This document shows positions 40,846 to 55,400 of a DNA stretch of 64,000 bases, piece by piece. Below the pieces are notes generated by a model. That model did not search any database, had not been told where the DNA came from, and worked only from the letters and a program-made list of their open reading frames with translations. This DNA comes from Octopus sinensis. Taxonomy: Eukaryota. A program made the position numbers and the translations under genes. Numbering within the stretch: position 1 is the first letter of the stretch; each line of letters starts with the position of its first letter. The DNA lies in assembly GCF_006345805.1 (NCBI RefSeq), contig NC_043014.1, positions 19,096,001 through 19,160,000 on the forward strand. Reading direction: 5' to 3'.

Positions 40846-41162
40846 GTAAAGCTAAAAAACGTGTGTGAAAATCCTACATATATATTTCAGTACTATCCCC
40901 TAGTTCAAGATGAATTCTAAGCATTTGTTTAAATGCTAAAGGTATGCGCTTATAGAACTTTGGTTAACATCCTTCAAAGGAAAAATCTTAACTTGAGATC
41001 TATAAGCGCATAATAACCCTGAAGAGGTACTGACACGTACAGTTAAAAAATGTTACCTTTCATAGCATTTAAACAAATGCTTAGAATTCCTCTTCAGCTC
41101 GGGGATAGTACTGAAAAATATGTGTAGGATTTTCACAATTTTTTTTAGCTTTATAGCTTATA
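40846..41162. mobile_element. Fold-back element (about 100-bp inverted arms plus internal hairpin) with HHR-like motif
   Basis: 40846-40944 inverted at 41054-41155; internal atgcgcttataga/tctataagcgcat; right arm on the minus strand reads CTGAAGA...agcatttgtttaaatgct at GAAA gGTA. Confidence 0.7.
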
Positions 41163-41267
41163 ATCAATTTATTTGTATTGTTATGTTTTTCAGAAAACGC
41201 TTCAACATTTTTATATCATACAAATAAATTATTCATACATTCACTTTTTCGCTTTTTCTTTCCTCCA

Positions 41268-41328
<61 letters not shown>

Positions 41329-41332
41329 ATGT

Positions 41333-41380
<48 letters not shown>

Positions 41381-41559
41381 TATATATATATATATCGTGA
41401 CGCATATTTGCCATTTGAATATGGCTAACCCCTAAGGGTGGATGCTACTGTAGTTTGTAGCCCCAGGAAGATATCTCCTCAGCTGGCTATAGACACACTA
41501 TCTGTGTCCTCTCAGTATTTGTGAAGGGGAGTCATCCTCCCCGTCTTCAACTCATGATA

Positions 41560-41604
41560 CACACGGACCCGAGTTTCAAGGTGTTTACCTTTCATCAGCG
41601 TGTG
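41560..41604 (-). ncRNA. Minimal type I hammerhead ribozyme
   Basis: cacacg CTGATGA aaggt-aaac-acctt GAAA ctcgg GTC cgtgtg; perfect stems I and II, GUC cleavage triplet. Confidence 0.9.
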
Positions 41605-42009
41605 ACAATCATGGTTGTCGACGAGAAGTCAGCTCCCTTCACAAATACATATACTTTTTCCAGTGTCGATTGACACTGATATTGAAAAAGTGAAATCATG
41701 AGTATCATGAGTTGAAGACGGGGAGGATGACTCCCCTTCACAAATACTGAGAGGACACAGATAGTGTGTCTATAGCCAGCTGGAGGAGATATCTTCCTGG
41801 GGCTACAAACTACAGTAGCATCCACCCTTAGGGGTTAGCCATATTCAAATGGCAAATATGCGTCACGATGTGTTACCGCTACTGTTTATAACTCGCTCTA
41901 AGATTTATCATTGTTTGATTTCACTTTTTCAATATCAGTGTCAATCGACACTGGAAAAAGTATATGTATTTGTGAAGGGAGCTGACTTCTCGTCGACAAC
42001 CATGATTGT

Positions 42010-42054
42010 CATACGCTGATGAAAGGTAAACACCTTGAAACTCGGGTCCGTGTG
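42010..42054 (+). ncRNA. Minimal type I hammerhead ribozyme
   Basis: catacg CTGATGA aaggt-aaac-acctt GAAA ctcgg GTC cgtgtg; predicted cleavage after 42048. Confidence 0.9.
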
Positions 42055-42304
42055 TATCATGAGTTGAAGACGGGGAGGATGACTCCCGTTCACAAATACT
42101 GAGAGGACACAGATAGTGTGTCTATGGCCAGCTGGAGGAGATATCTTTCTGGGGCTACAAACTACAGTAGCATCCACCCTTAGGGGTTAGCCATATTCAA
42201 ATGGCAAATATGCGTCACAATGTGTTACCGCTACAGTTTTTAACTCGCTCTGAGATTTATCATTATACATACATATATATATATATATAATATATATATA
42301 TATA

Positions 42305-42382
<78 letters not shown>

Positions 42383-43802
42383 ATGTATGTATATTTTTAT
42401 ATATACACGGTCTCCTTCTAGGAATTTTACATATGCATTGTTCAACTCGGAACTATAGTAGAAGACACTCTTCCAAGCTGGAGAATGAGCTTCTTCCCCA
42501 ACCAGCCATGACGCCACCTGTGTGTTAAAAATTTAATTTAATTGTTACACCAGTTTTCAGGCAGTTATTCCATAGTGCAATAAATAAACAATTCAACACA
42601 TTTCTAACTCAATGTACCGATCGAATTTTGGTCGTCGTCTTCGAACACGTTTCATAAATTATTGCTTTCCATCTCTTGTCTTAAAGAATATATAACAATC
42701 AGTATGCAGCCGCTAGATCGTACGGTCTATTGAGATCAAGAAATGATCTCAGCGTAAATTCCTTCGTGATGCAGTTCATCAATAAAAAAGCTGCCTTTTT
42801 ATTTCTGCAATCACAGCTGAGTACTTATAAGGAGCAACAAACTGAGGAATTTTGCTATAATAACGAACACTTCAGTAACCTAAAGCAAAGTCACGAACGC
42901 AGCTACCGATATTATTTTACAGACCAAACTCTATAACATTATTTCAAATCTGTGACTAGTTTTTCTCCAATTTGGCGCTCTCCTATTGAAATTGATATCA
43001 CTCTTTTTCTCTACTTTCATTTTCCTATGATCGGTAATATGAGGCTTTGTTATAATAATATAATTATTACTTGAATCTAAAGTGTATTTGTCCGCTGTAT
43101 TTACAGTAAAAGCTACAGAATATAACAGCTTTCATTTGCATATTTCGTTACAATGTACATTCGAATTGTATTCTCACTGATTACTTTATACTCAAGAGCC
43201 GCTATTGCCATATTGTTTCAAAATCCGCCACTCGATAGAACACCAAAAGCTAAGTATTCTGGGATTATCGTAAAATAGTTCTACTGTATAATTTTCTCAC
43301 TTCTGCTGAAGATATTGTTTTCAGATTTCCATTGAAGTTGCCAGCTGTCATTATTTTACTGAGCAACTACCATTGTTTGGGGATAGACATTCAACCTTTT
43401 AACTGTGAAATTATATTTCATGGTTATTCCAGTAATAGTGTGAAATATCTACAATAAAAATAAAATACAATTGGTATTTTCTGCAAGTCACGTTGCCTTA
43501 ATAAATTTGATATATCACAACAGTAGAAGGTTTCAAACTTGACATTCCTCAACAAGAGATAGATCGGTAGCTAAACTTGCTTTCCGCTGTTTATGCTAAT
43601 TAAATTACAAAAGGTTCTTAAGTGACAAGTATACTTATATATGTAAGTTCAAGCTGAGAGAGCATGAAGTTTGGTGAGGTTGAACTGACACAGTTAAAAT
43701 AGTAGCAAACTGAAATTATTCGGCTTTCTAATCAATATACTTGTGGGTCCTGGTTTGTGTAATATACTTTACATACATAAACACAATACATACATACATA
43801 CA

Positions 43803-43887
43803 GAAGAAGAAGAAGAAGAAGAAGAAGAAGAAGAAGAAGAAGAAGAAGAAGAAGAAGAAGAAGAAAAAGAAGAAAAAGAAGAAGAAA
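43803..43887. repeat. (GAA)n microsatellite
   Basis: Direct sequence. Confidence 0.95.
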
Positions 43888-43989
43888 AATATGTGAGTGG
43901 TATGACAGTAGTAGGATGTTGGTGGAACCCCCTTAAATGGTTGAGTGACCTGTTGTAGTTGCCATAGTAATGACTGGAATTGTTCTGAA

Positions 43990-45884
43990 TAAAGTCATAT
44001 CGTTTTAAATTTTTGCGTTGGTTTTATTGTAAGGCCCTTGTAGTAGTGTCATTTGTGGTAGACGCATTCAAAAGAGGTTTATATTTTGTGAAGAAATATG
44101 ACTCTTTGCTAATGCGCTGATTATAGATTACACCGTCCCTGAATTTATAGAGGGGAATATTCTGAAGCTGGGTTGTTCGTTAGAGGCGCAAATATCAATG
44201 TGTTCGCTGAATGCTATTTTACTGTATTCCAGAATTTGAACTGCATCCTATGTAGAGTCATCCTTTAATGTAAACTGTTTTGGGTTTGGGCTATGTACGC
44301 TCTTGACACCCGGAGCAATTTAATATATATATATATTAGGTTTTCCGAAGCACATGTAAAGTTGTTCTTCACTGTTAAACTTTGGCCCTGTTTGAAAGAG
44401 AACTCCGATCCCTCATTTAGGTTGACACATATACCACAGTTAGGTCTTCCGCATATTTTTATTTACGCCTTCAGTGTTGTTTTAGGAGACATTTCATAGA
44501 TTTGAATTGCTCTTTAAGATGGTGAGTGTTTGGAGGATTAAATTCATTCTGTGGTCCCTTTTTAATAGAAGAATGTTCTGGAGGATGGTGCCAAAGACTT
44601 CATTGTTAAGGGGTTGTGTGTGGAGATGTATGGTAGGAGTTTGGGTTGTAATTCCTTCTTTAGTTTGGGATGTCTGAGTTCGTGGATGTTGAGTTGTACG
44701 GCACATTGAAAGCCTAAATCAATCAGGCATGGTGGGTAGTTCCTGGTAATGAGTGTGTACTTTAGTTCATGTAGTTGTGTGTCTCTGGTGCCTGTATTAG
44801 AAATTATAGTACAAATACTTTTTGCTAGGTTGAAGGAGATATTCATTCAAGTGTGCCTGTGGTGGCATGAGTTGAACAGTAGATATTGCTTGAAGGCTGT
44901 GGGTTTTTTGTTGTTGGATTTCTTAATGAGGATGTCGAGTAATTGTAAATTGAATGTTTGTTTATGCAAAAGAATGAAACAGTCATCCAGATACCTCTTC
45001 CAGTTATTTTCTATGTAGAGGGAGAATGGGATGCAGTATTTTTCTAATACCTTACGATAAAGACTGATTTCTAGACATCCCATGATAAGGTTAGCAAAGG
45101 AGGGTGGGGCATTCTCGTACACATCGCAAGCCCCGATTTTTGTCGATAGAAGTTGTCTTTGAAGACAAAAATGTTATTCTCGAAGGTGAATTTTAGCCCT
45201 TCGATTAAGATTTCTTTTTGATGTGATGTAGGAGTTCATTGGAGTAATTCTGTAGCCAGGATTGAATTGCCTCTATTCCAAGGCTGTGGTGGGTATTAGA
45301 ATAGAGGTTGACTACATCGAAGGATACTAGTAGGGTGTCTTTGTTTATTGTTTTCGGGAGGTAACTGAACATATCTAGGTCGTCCCGTATGTAGCTTTTG
45401 ATATGATTGAGGAATGGTTTTTAAGAGAATATCTAAAATGTTACTGTGGCGGTGGGTTTTGCATGTGGGACCTGTTAATATAGGTCTTAATTTGAGATCA
45501 TTAAGAGTAGGGAACTTGATTATTATATATGTGGCTATCCTGCATGCGTTACTTATTTTCTCACTTTTGTGTATCTTAGGAATACCGTGGAATTGACTGG
45601 ATTTACTTTTGAAGTTACTCATATAATCGTATTCTTGTCGGTGAGCCCTCTCTGTATAAGTATAACATAGTCTTTAGGTTTCTCATTATTTTCTGCGATC
45701 TGTAGCGTTGCACCTTTTCATAATATTTTGTGTCTTCTAATAAGGATAGTACTAGAGTTATATAGCATACTGTGTTAATTAAGACAACTGCACTCCTTTT
45801 CTTAGCCTCTTTGATTGTTATTGTTTTATCATATTTTAATTTGTTCACCTCAGCCCATTCTTTTGTTGCTGAAGTTCGGCTGTG
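43990..45884 (-). mobile_element. Penelope-like element RT plus GIY-YIG pseudogene, cut by the assembly gap
   Basis: ITIKEAKKRSAVVLIN, FHGIPKIHK, LRPIL, LVSFDVVNLYSN, PSFANLIMG, WKRYLDDCF, KPT..KQYL.FNSCH, then CGRPNCGIC...FTCASENLIY; frameshifted. Confidence 0.9.
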
Positions 45885-45984
45885 NNNNNNNNNNNNNNNN
45901 NNNNNNNNNNNNNNNNNNNNNNNNNNNNNNNNNNNNNNNNNNNNNNNNNNNNNNNNNNNNNNNNNNNNNNNNNNNNNNNNNNNN
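45885..45984. other. Assembly gap (100 N)
   Basis: Run of N. Confidence 1.
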
Positions 45985-46103
45985 GGATTTTTTTATTTTA
46001 TATTTTATATTTTTTATGTTTTAATTAATTTTATTTCCATGTATTGGCTTATGATATTCACTGTTGCATTTGCCTAATAGTGGTTTTATCTCTAATTTAA
46101 TAT

Positions 46104-46155
<52 letters not shown>

Positions 46156-46336
46156 TTTATATATATATATATAATATATAATATATATATATATATTAAT
46201 CAGCCGAAATTACTACGATGATCCGGTTCTTGACTGAAGACTGAGGGTTTCGAGTGTCCTGTCCGTGTTTATTGTGTCGTCTTCTAGAGTAATACGTTCT
46301 TGTCCATGTTGTATTTTCTACATACCTTAATATATA

Positions 46337-46387
<51 letters not shown>

Positions 46388-46729
46388 ATAATATAATATA
46401 ATATAATATAATATAATATAATTAATATATATAATATAATATAATATAAATTCTGTGTGTGTGTGTATGTAAAAGATTATAACGGCCCTATTTTTCAACT
46501 GATATTCTTCAAACTGGGAACACACATTACTCATGTTCCAAAGATGGTTTTAGACTCTTAGAATTTTTCACATAATGAATAACCACCTTTCCTGTGTTAC
46601 GTGGAGAAGGGAGGTAACTTTGGGAAATTGATTGTCTACCTTATATATATTGGTCGTAAGAAATTTTAATAACTGCTTTTTATATTAGATTCACGTCTTT
46701 GAAAGATTTTTAAAATATTTACATAAATG

Positions 46730-46764
<35 letters not shown>

Positions 46765-47717
46765 ATACAAATACAAGTGTATATATACTAATACACACAT
46801 ATATTCACACGTATATTAAGAGGAAAATCCGGTTATTCATCTCAACCACGTGCGTATTTGATGAAGATAGTACCGCAGTATTTATCAGGACCGGAGCGAA
46901 TAAATAAATATATATGCATACATAATTCAAGATAAAATCAATGAATGAGGTTATCAGTGCTCAGCATGTAATAAAAATCATATAGTTAAAAATTAATATA
47001 GTTATATAATTATATAGATATATAATTATATAATTTTTGATATGGTCCCCAGAAGCGATAACTACGAAGTAGTGGCCTCTCATTTGCAATGTTTTTGTCG
47101 TTCTCTGCATTTTTACTTTCATATTCCACGTCACCTGAAGGCTATGGGACCATTGAAAAGAGAAACACCTCCAATTTAAGCATCTCTCATAATAATGATA
47201 TGCTTGGTAAGAAAAAAAAGGTTAATTGTTTCACCAATAACTTTAACGATGTTTTCCAGAAATTTGCTGTGTAGATCAGTGCTGAAAACTTCAATACAAA
47301 ATCCAACGGTGACATTTGAATAGATATCTGGGCAAAAGAACAGAAACAATAACTACTGCAGCAGCTCAAATAACTGGAAAATTTTTTGAAGATAAATACA
47401 ATGACTGATAAATACAATGACTAAAAGAGCAAAGAACAATCTCTGCATGTTTTGATATTATTTACCTTCTTGTACATAAACGAGATGTTGAGTCTCAAAG
47501 GAGGGATTTGGAGACGAGCAAACATACATGCGCTCACACACAAAATACATACACATATACATTCATGCAAACTGTCCCACAAACGCGCATTCACACACAT
47601 ATATATGTTGTTTTGTCGTAGCTGCTATGTATGTATGTACGTATATATGTATGTATATATGTATGTATGTATGTATTTATGTATATGTATGTATATATGC
47701 ATATGTATGTATATATG

Positions 47718-48309
<592 letters not shown>

Positions 48310-48999
48310 TAATAGAACGAATGGTTTGCACCTGGTAGCTTACTGGTAAAGCACGGTTTCTTCCACAGTGTTCGTTATATATATGGTAAATAAACGACGG
48401 AAGATGGAATATGCGAGAATTTTTGTTAATAACATTTTTTTCGACACATCTAGCATCGATCCCTCACAAATGGGGCACTTAACATCTGGTTCAGGAGCTT
48501 CCGACGGTGCAGATGTGTCTCATTGGGTGATACGTAGATCCAACTCGTTAAAATAACAGTTCCGTAACGTATCTTCTCATTTCGCAGAAAGAAAAGCAGT
48601 ACAACGAAGGAAATGGCTTCATTTATATAGAAGAGCAAAAATAAAATCACTGATGCAAAAAAGAAACGAACACGCTATACAGAGAGAGAAGTATTAAAAA
48701 TAACCTCTAACAGATACAGATGTATAAACACCCTGGCGCCAATTGCATGGCGCGTGCACCCATGCTCATACAAGCATCCGTGTAGACAAGAGCGCCTGGT
48801 ATTGAGATGAGTCTCGATATTCTGGTCACGGTTGCACAGATGTCGGCTGCAAGAAGTAATCCCTATCGTTGTGATATTGTGTAGATGTGTAGAATATAGT
48901 GGGCAGTTTTGTGCGCCGAAAGAACTGACTGACATCAGTACGGTTCCCGCATTCGTCGGAGTGGGGAGTGAGGGGTACGAAACGGAGACCCAACCGCGG

Positions 49000-49052
<53 letters not shown>

Positions 49053-49801
49053 CGCATATACATCTAGACTCATACATACTTACATGTATATATATATGTA
49101 CACACTCACACACATATATATACATACATACATATATATATATATATTATATATCTATATATATATATATACATACATATATGTATATATATGTGTGTAT
49201 ATATATATATATATTTGTATATATATATATATACATATAGGCTCATACATACATACATTCATATATATATATGTACGCATTTATGTATGTATGTATCAAT
49301 GTGTGTGTGTGTATGTGTGTGCGTGTTTGTGTATGTGTATGTGCGTGTTTTGCTGTGTTAATGCATGTAGTGGCTCATTTTACAGTATTCTTGGTATACA
49401 ATATATAAACCGAACTAAAATACGTTCGCAGCTGGAACATCTTTGGTAATTTGTGATTAAAGAACAAACGGTAATACCATGGCCTCCAACAACACACCAA
49501 CACCACCAGCAGCAGCAGCAGTAGCAACAATATTAACAATATATGATCATGAAAAGTGAGGTATCAATAACAGTAATATTGGAGCTTCAACACCAACAAA
49601 GTCCCCTTCTCGGTGCAGGGGCGTGGGCATAAAAAATGGATTTTTTTATTTATATTATGTTACATTTTAATACCTTTTTAGCATACATATTAATATATCA
49701 ATCGTTTTACCTCGAAACAATCAGACTAGGAAAATCGGACGTTTGAATATTACCATTTTAATCAAGTATTCGTTTGAACTTAAAGAACAGAAATATTTGA
49801 T

Positions 49802-49820
49802 TTTATTATTATTATTATTA

Positions 49821-49906
<86 letters not shown>

Positions 49907-49973
49907 GTTGTTGTTGTTGTTATTGTTATTGTTATTATTGTTATTATTATTAATATTATTGTTGTTATTGTTA

Positions 49974-50020
<47 letters not shown>

Positions 50021-50059
50021 GTCGTTATTATTATCATTATTATTATTATTATCATTATG

Positions 50060-50099
<40 letters not shown>

Positions 50100-50120
50100 T
50101 ATTATTATTTGTTTATTTAT
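49802..50120. repeat. Long (TTA)n/(TTG)n microsatellite
   Basis: Direct sequence. Confidence 0.95.
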
Positions 50121-50529
50121 TTATTTATTTATTTATTTTTATACTAACTGTCATTTGTATAAATATATATTTTTGTTGTTCGGACATCTGATAGATGGTA
50201 ATCCCAAATCATGTTTGCTTATTTTGTCTAAACCTGACTGATCTTAATTCTTAGAGTTTTCTTTATACTTTATTAAATAAAATGTCTAAGGGCGGTGCCC
50301 CAGCATGGCCTCAGCCGGATGGCTGAAACAAGTAAAAGAGTATAAAAGAGCTGTAATCTTTCTGGCAATTTTTCATTTTCATGTCAGTATTATGGTTTGG
50401 CTTCGTAATATTTTTTTTCTTTGATCAATATTTTTATGGGATGTTTTTGTCTTTTTGATTACAGAATTGCGTGTGTAGTTGTATAGAATTCGTTTGAAAA
50501 TTATGTAACATGCATATATACATACATAC

Positions 50530-50581
<52 letters not shown>

Positions 50582-50843
50582 TGTGTGTGTGTGTGTGCAT
50601 GTGTGTGTGTGCGTGTGTGTGTGTGTGCGTGTATATGTGCGTGTGTGTGTGCGTGTGTGTGTGTGTGTATGCATACATACATATATACATATATTTATAT
50701 AATAAATCAGGTAGCGCTATTAAGTTAGACATGGCCTGGGCCAATCGTTGGCCGAAATATATTTAATTTATCTAAGTTATCATCTAAGTATATGTGTTTG
50801 AGTCTGTATACACACACAATTGTATACATATAAATATATATAT

Positions 50844-50911
<68 letters not shown>

Positions 50912-51473
50912 CATATATATGTATATATATATATATATATATATCATATATATATATATATATATATATATCATACACATATATATATACATACATGTGT
51001 GGTGGGTATGGGTGTTTATGTGCACGTTTGTGCATGTTTTGTGTATGTATGTTTATACATCAGATAAGTGTTTCTTCATAAATCTGAGATGTTTCCTCAG
51101 TCAGCACTCTAACGAATACCGCCGAACAGAGTGTATATTAAGAGACAGTTCAACTTAAAGTAAACAGTTAATCTAAATTGTAATTTAATAAATTTGTCGC
51201 AGAATTTAATGCATTAAATCGAAGAGTGATTCTTTAGTCACATGCGTTTCATCATTACGTGGAATTCAGATTTAATGAATATAAATCTTCATATGAAAAC
51301 AAGTAAATTTGTAACATTGTAACACATTGCCGTAAACAGTGCACATCACCTCAGAATAACGTCGAAAAGGTTCAAAACTTTGTCTCAAGAGATTTCACTG
51401 GTTTGTATTAGCGTAGTATATGAAAATTTATTTATATTCATACTCATATTTATATTTTACTTCGCAAAACGTA

Positions 51474-52029
51474 TTGCGTTGTCCGGAAAGTTCGTGCCGA
51501 TTTTCAAAGGAAAGAAAAAGGTCAATAAATACTTGCCATTACATTTTTAATCAACCAAATATGAACAATTTTGTTACACAATACGTCTCCACCTTTCCTT
51601 TAATTTGAAAATATCTTCTTCCCAGTATTAAGGTGGTTTCATGGCAAAGAATTCATCAAGGTATCTTTCTATGTCATCCAAGGAATTGAAATTCTTACCA
51701 TTAAGACTATTCTGCAGAGACCAGAATAAGAATGAGCAATATCTGGTGAATATGGAGGGTGGGGTAACACATCTCAGCCGAGCTGCAGCAATTTTTGTCT
51801 AGTTCCCAAAGCATCAAGTACCGAAAATGAAATTTCTTATCTTCCATTTTAAAGGGTTACAGAATTAACAAAGGTTATAGGAACATAAACCTTCTTCTAC
51901 GAAAAGATAGCTTAAACTGTGCTGTAAATAGAGGTATAGTCAAATCCTATTTTATGGACTCAAACATGTCCTAAAATAAGTCGAAAGGTAAGCTACTATA
52001 AATCGGCACGAACTTTCCGGACAACCCAA
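51474..52029 (-). mobile_element. Mariner internal-deletion derivative with 30-bp TIRs and TA TSD
   Basis: TA|ttgcgttgtccggaaagttcgtgccgattt ... aaatcggcacgaactttccggacaacccaa|TA; minus strand retains the transposase C-terminus (LPHPPYSPDIA...SLQNSLNGKNF...ERWRRIV). Confidence 0.9.
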
Positions 52030-52691
52030 TATATTCCATGTTGTGTCGAAACGTATGTAACTAAAGGATTAAATGTGATAACATAAACTCTACTATATCG
52101 CCGGACTCGGGAATGTATGTATGTATGTATATTAGTATATACAAATGCTTGCATGCATGTATGTATGTATGTATGTATGTATGTATGTATGTATGTATGT
52201 ATGTATGTATGTAGTATGTATGTATGTATGCATGTATGTCTCTTCTATTTTTTGCTAATTATAAATCTTCCACTAAGGGGGAAGCCGATTTCCAACAAAT
52301 ATACAAGGCTACATTTTTGGGATGTAGACAAATTCACATTTAGAACTTGAGACAAGACTTGCATATTTTTATTGCTCCACTCACAGATTGCACTTGTAAT
52401 ATACGAATTAGATGGTCGATTTCTCCTTCTGAAAATTCCAGTTTATCCAGATTCTCATTTAAGCATTTACTGACAAAATCTAGTGATCCAATTATTTTTT
52501 GCATGAATATGAATTCATAGTCTGGATATACAAGCTGGGGGTTTCGAAGCAGTTGTTCATAATTTTTCTTCTTTGATTTTCAAAGAGATACTTATATATA
52601 CAGGGCAGCTGACCTCTATGACGGTATATACATTTGCCCATCCGTCCTAAACAACAATATCCGTCCTGTTATATTTACATTATGCAAGTAT

Positions 52692-52752
<61 letters not shown>

Positions 52753-53002
52753 AATATATATATATATACATATATTTAAACCCATCATTCTTTTGACCTG
52801 CATTCTCTCACCTTACTATTCTTATGCCTCCCCCCTCCTACTTCGTTTGAACTCTTGAACCTTTAGAAACTTCTAGATTCTTCTACATTTAGCCACTCTG
52901 ACGTCACTCATTATAAAGAGACACTCATTATCGCCATGGGCTCCTCGAGAGCGGTCGGCTAAAGGTTTTTTGTGCATTTTGATGTCGACATAATTTCCTT
53001 GT

Positions 53003-53085
53003 TTTTCCTGATGAGAAATCTGCATAATGTACTCCTTATTCCTTCGGAATTAGGAATATGCAGCCTTCGAAACATACGTCGAGAA
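53003..53085 (+). ncRNA. Hammerhead ribozyme with extended stem II, in a PLE terminal region (about 52780-53150)
   Basis: ttttc CTGATGA gaa..ctgcata...tatgcag..ttc GAAAC atac GTC gagaa, overlapping an AATAAA. Confidence 0.75.
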
Positions 53086-53308
53086 TAAAGGATATTTGTT
53101 AACTAGTCGTTCAACTCCATTCTTTCATATACTTATAATTTTAAAATAATCATACAAATTTCCGCACGAAGACACGTAGTCAATGCCCTAGGGATGTAGC
53201 TTCAACAGTATCTTTCTGATGTGAATTTGCTACCCAGGTATCGGTTATCTTTCGAATTATCCTTAATAAGATAATTCATTCAATTACTCAAATATATACA
53301 TATATGTG

Positions 53309-53350
<42 letters not shown>

Positions 53351-53399
53351 ATACGTACATATATGTGTATGTATGCACACACACACATATATATATGCA

Positions 53400-53655
53400 A
53401 GAGGTCACCAACTGTGTAAACAACATGAAGTACGAAAATAAATAAGTTAAATACGCAAGCAACGAGAGAAAAAAAGTGGAAAACAGGAAAAGTAACACCT
53501 TCATCAGTTATCGGCTGTCTATCTACTCATCATTTCGAGCATCCAACTAGAAATGAGTCTTCGAAGACAGTTGCTCCCTTAAATTCTAAAATAAAATTTT
53601 AGGTTTACAGAGGGGTCAAAGTTGGTAACAAAAACAGGACAGTGGGAACATACAT
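53400..53655 (-). mobile_element. PLE terminal-repeat fragment with degenerate HHR-like motif (53515-53570)
   Basis: Minus strand ctgtct-tcgaaga...gctc GAAA tgatga GTA gatagacag; next to (TA)n. Confidence 0.45.
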
Positions 53656-54989
53656 AGATGGGCCATGTTGGAGCACCGCCTTTAGTCGTGCAACTCGACC
53701 CCAGGACTTATTCTTTGTAAGCCTAATACTTATTCTATCAGTCTCTCTTGCCGAGCCGCTAGGTTACGGGTTATTTTCTAAAACGGGAAGGTTTTGAAGA
53801 TTTTGAAGTAGGTTTGGCTGCTATTTTCAGCAGGTCAAATTACCAAGCAAAGGCTTTTTCATAGTACTTTCTAAAGTAAGTACTAAGCAACAAATTCGAG
53901 GGGAAGAGAATGAGTCCAATGGACTAAATCAATCACAGTAGATTGAGTCTTTTTATTTTAATGTACCCTGTGAAGACCCGAAAGCGAAATCTATCGTGGT
54001 AGAATTTGAGGATATCAGAATGCAGAAAGGTCATAGAGAAAACCTTTTGACAAGCCTTGTATTAATACTATACAATTTTTACCACAGCAAATGCTTCCAT
54101 GTTCCTATTAACAACAGCAAAAACACCATCATCAACAACAATGATGATGATGATGATGATAACAGTAGCAAATGGAATATCATTGAAGTTCTTGATATTT
54201 CAAGATTGAATCTTTAACAAGTAGCAGATGTTAACTGAATAGCTGAGAAAATAATGAAAAACTAACAAACCAATTCAATTCGTGTTAGCTGAAATTTTAC
54301 CATGTATAACTTAATTCATTTAAAACAACTCAAACACTCCAGAAAAAAACAAACAAAGCATATCAGCATCACCACCTCCACCACCACCACCACCACCATC
54401 ATCATTATCAACATCACTATCATTAACTTTATAATAATTCTTATTATTGGTAGTGGTAGTGGTAGTGCTAGATTATATAAATATTAATAATAAATTATAT
54501 CATATTTTGGGTTTATTTTTCACAAAATCTTTTATAATATTTATGTTTTTATATATTTAATTGTTTATTTATTTATTTCACTTTCGAAATTTTTCGCGCA
54601 TTTTTGAAATTCAAATGAAGACAATTGAAGGAAAGAATGAATTTGATGCCACTGAAGGAACAAATTAACGAAACCAAAGATTAAGACACGAATGCCATGC
54701 GGAGCTACTAAAACGAAGATCAACACAACCACCACCACCACCACCAGCAGCAACAACAATAATAACAACAATTACAAAAACAACGAAATCAACCGCAGCA
54801 CCAAAATTAGAATAAAGCAATGGTGGAATGATAACAAGAGCAACAAAAACTTTCACTATTTGACATTTCCAATGTCAAGTTGATGTCGAATTGAACAGAA
54901 ATACTTGGATTGGGTGGGTTTTGTACGAATTTTTGAGTTTTTGAGATCTGATTCAATGCGATCACTATTATTCTCATCATTATGGCGGT

Positions 54990-54990
54990 T

Positions 54991-55022
<32 letters not shown>

Positions 55023-55072
55023 CCTCATCATCATCATCATCATTCATCCCCATCATCATCATCATTCATCAC

Positions 55073-55153
<81 letters not shown>

Positions 55154-55400
55154 CATTATTATTATTGTTATTATTGCTATTGTTATTGTTATTGCTGTCG
55201 TCGTCACCATCATCATCATCATCATTATTATCACCATCCACCAACAATGCCAACTCTACTACCACGACCAGCATTATAGCAGCAGCAGCAGCTCAATCAT
55301 CGAAATCCCTTGCTCGTCATCCTCTTCTTCTCTCCTCCATCTCCTTCTCCTCCACATCATCCCATTCATCATCATCATCATCGTGACCATCACCATCACC
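54990..55400. repeat. Compound (CAT)n/(TAT)n/(CAG)n trinucleotide tract
   Basis: Direct sequence. Confidence 0.9.

Larger units (their letters stand above)
41396..42263. mobile_element. Non-autonomous HHR element (PLE pLTR or retrozyme-like): about 1.6 tandem 352-bp units plus an inverted copy, in (TA)n
   Basis: 41702-41911 recurs at 42054-42263; 41396-41698 is the reverse complement of about 41916-42219. Confidence 0.9.

Noticed and set aside
41396-42263. CRISPR-like or LTR-retrotransposon interpretation of the repeats
   Set aside because: No short repeat-spacer periodicity and no TG...CA LTR, PBS or PPT; the context is eukaryotic.
54670-54700. Resemblance to miR-124 (taagacacgaatgcca) and a miR-9 seed match
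   Set aside because: Lacks the central bases and a precursor hairpin; short matches are expected by chance.
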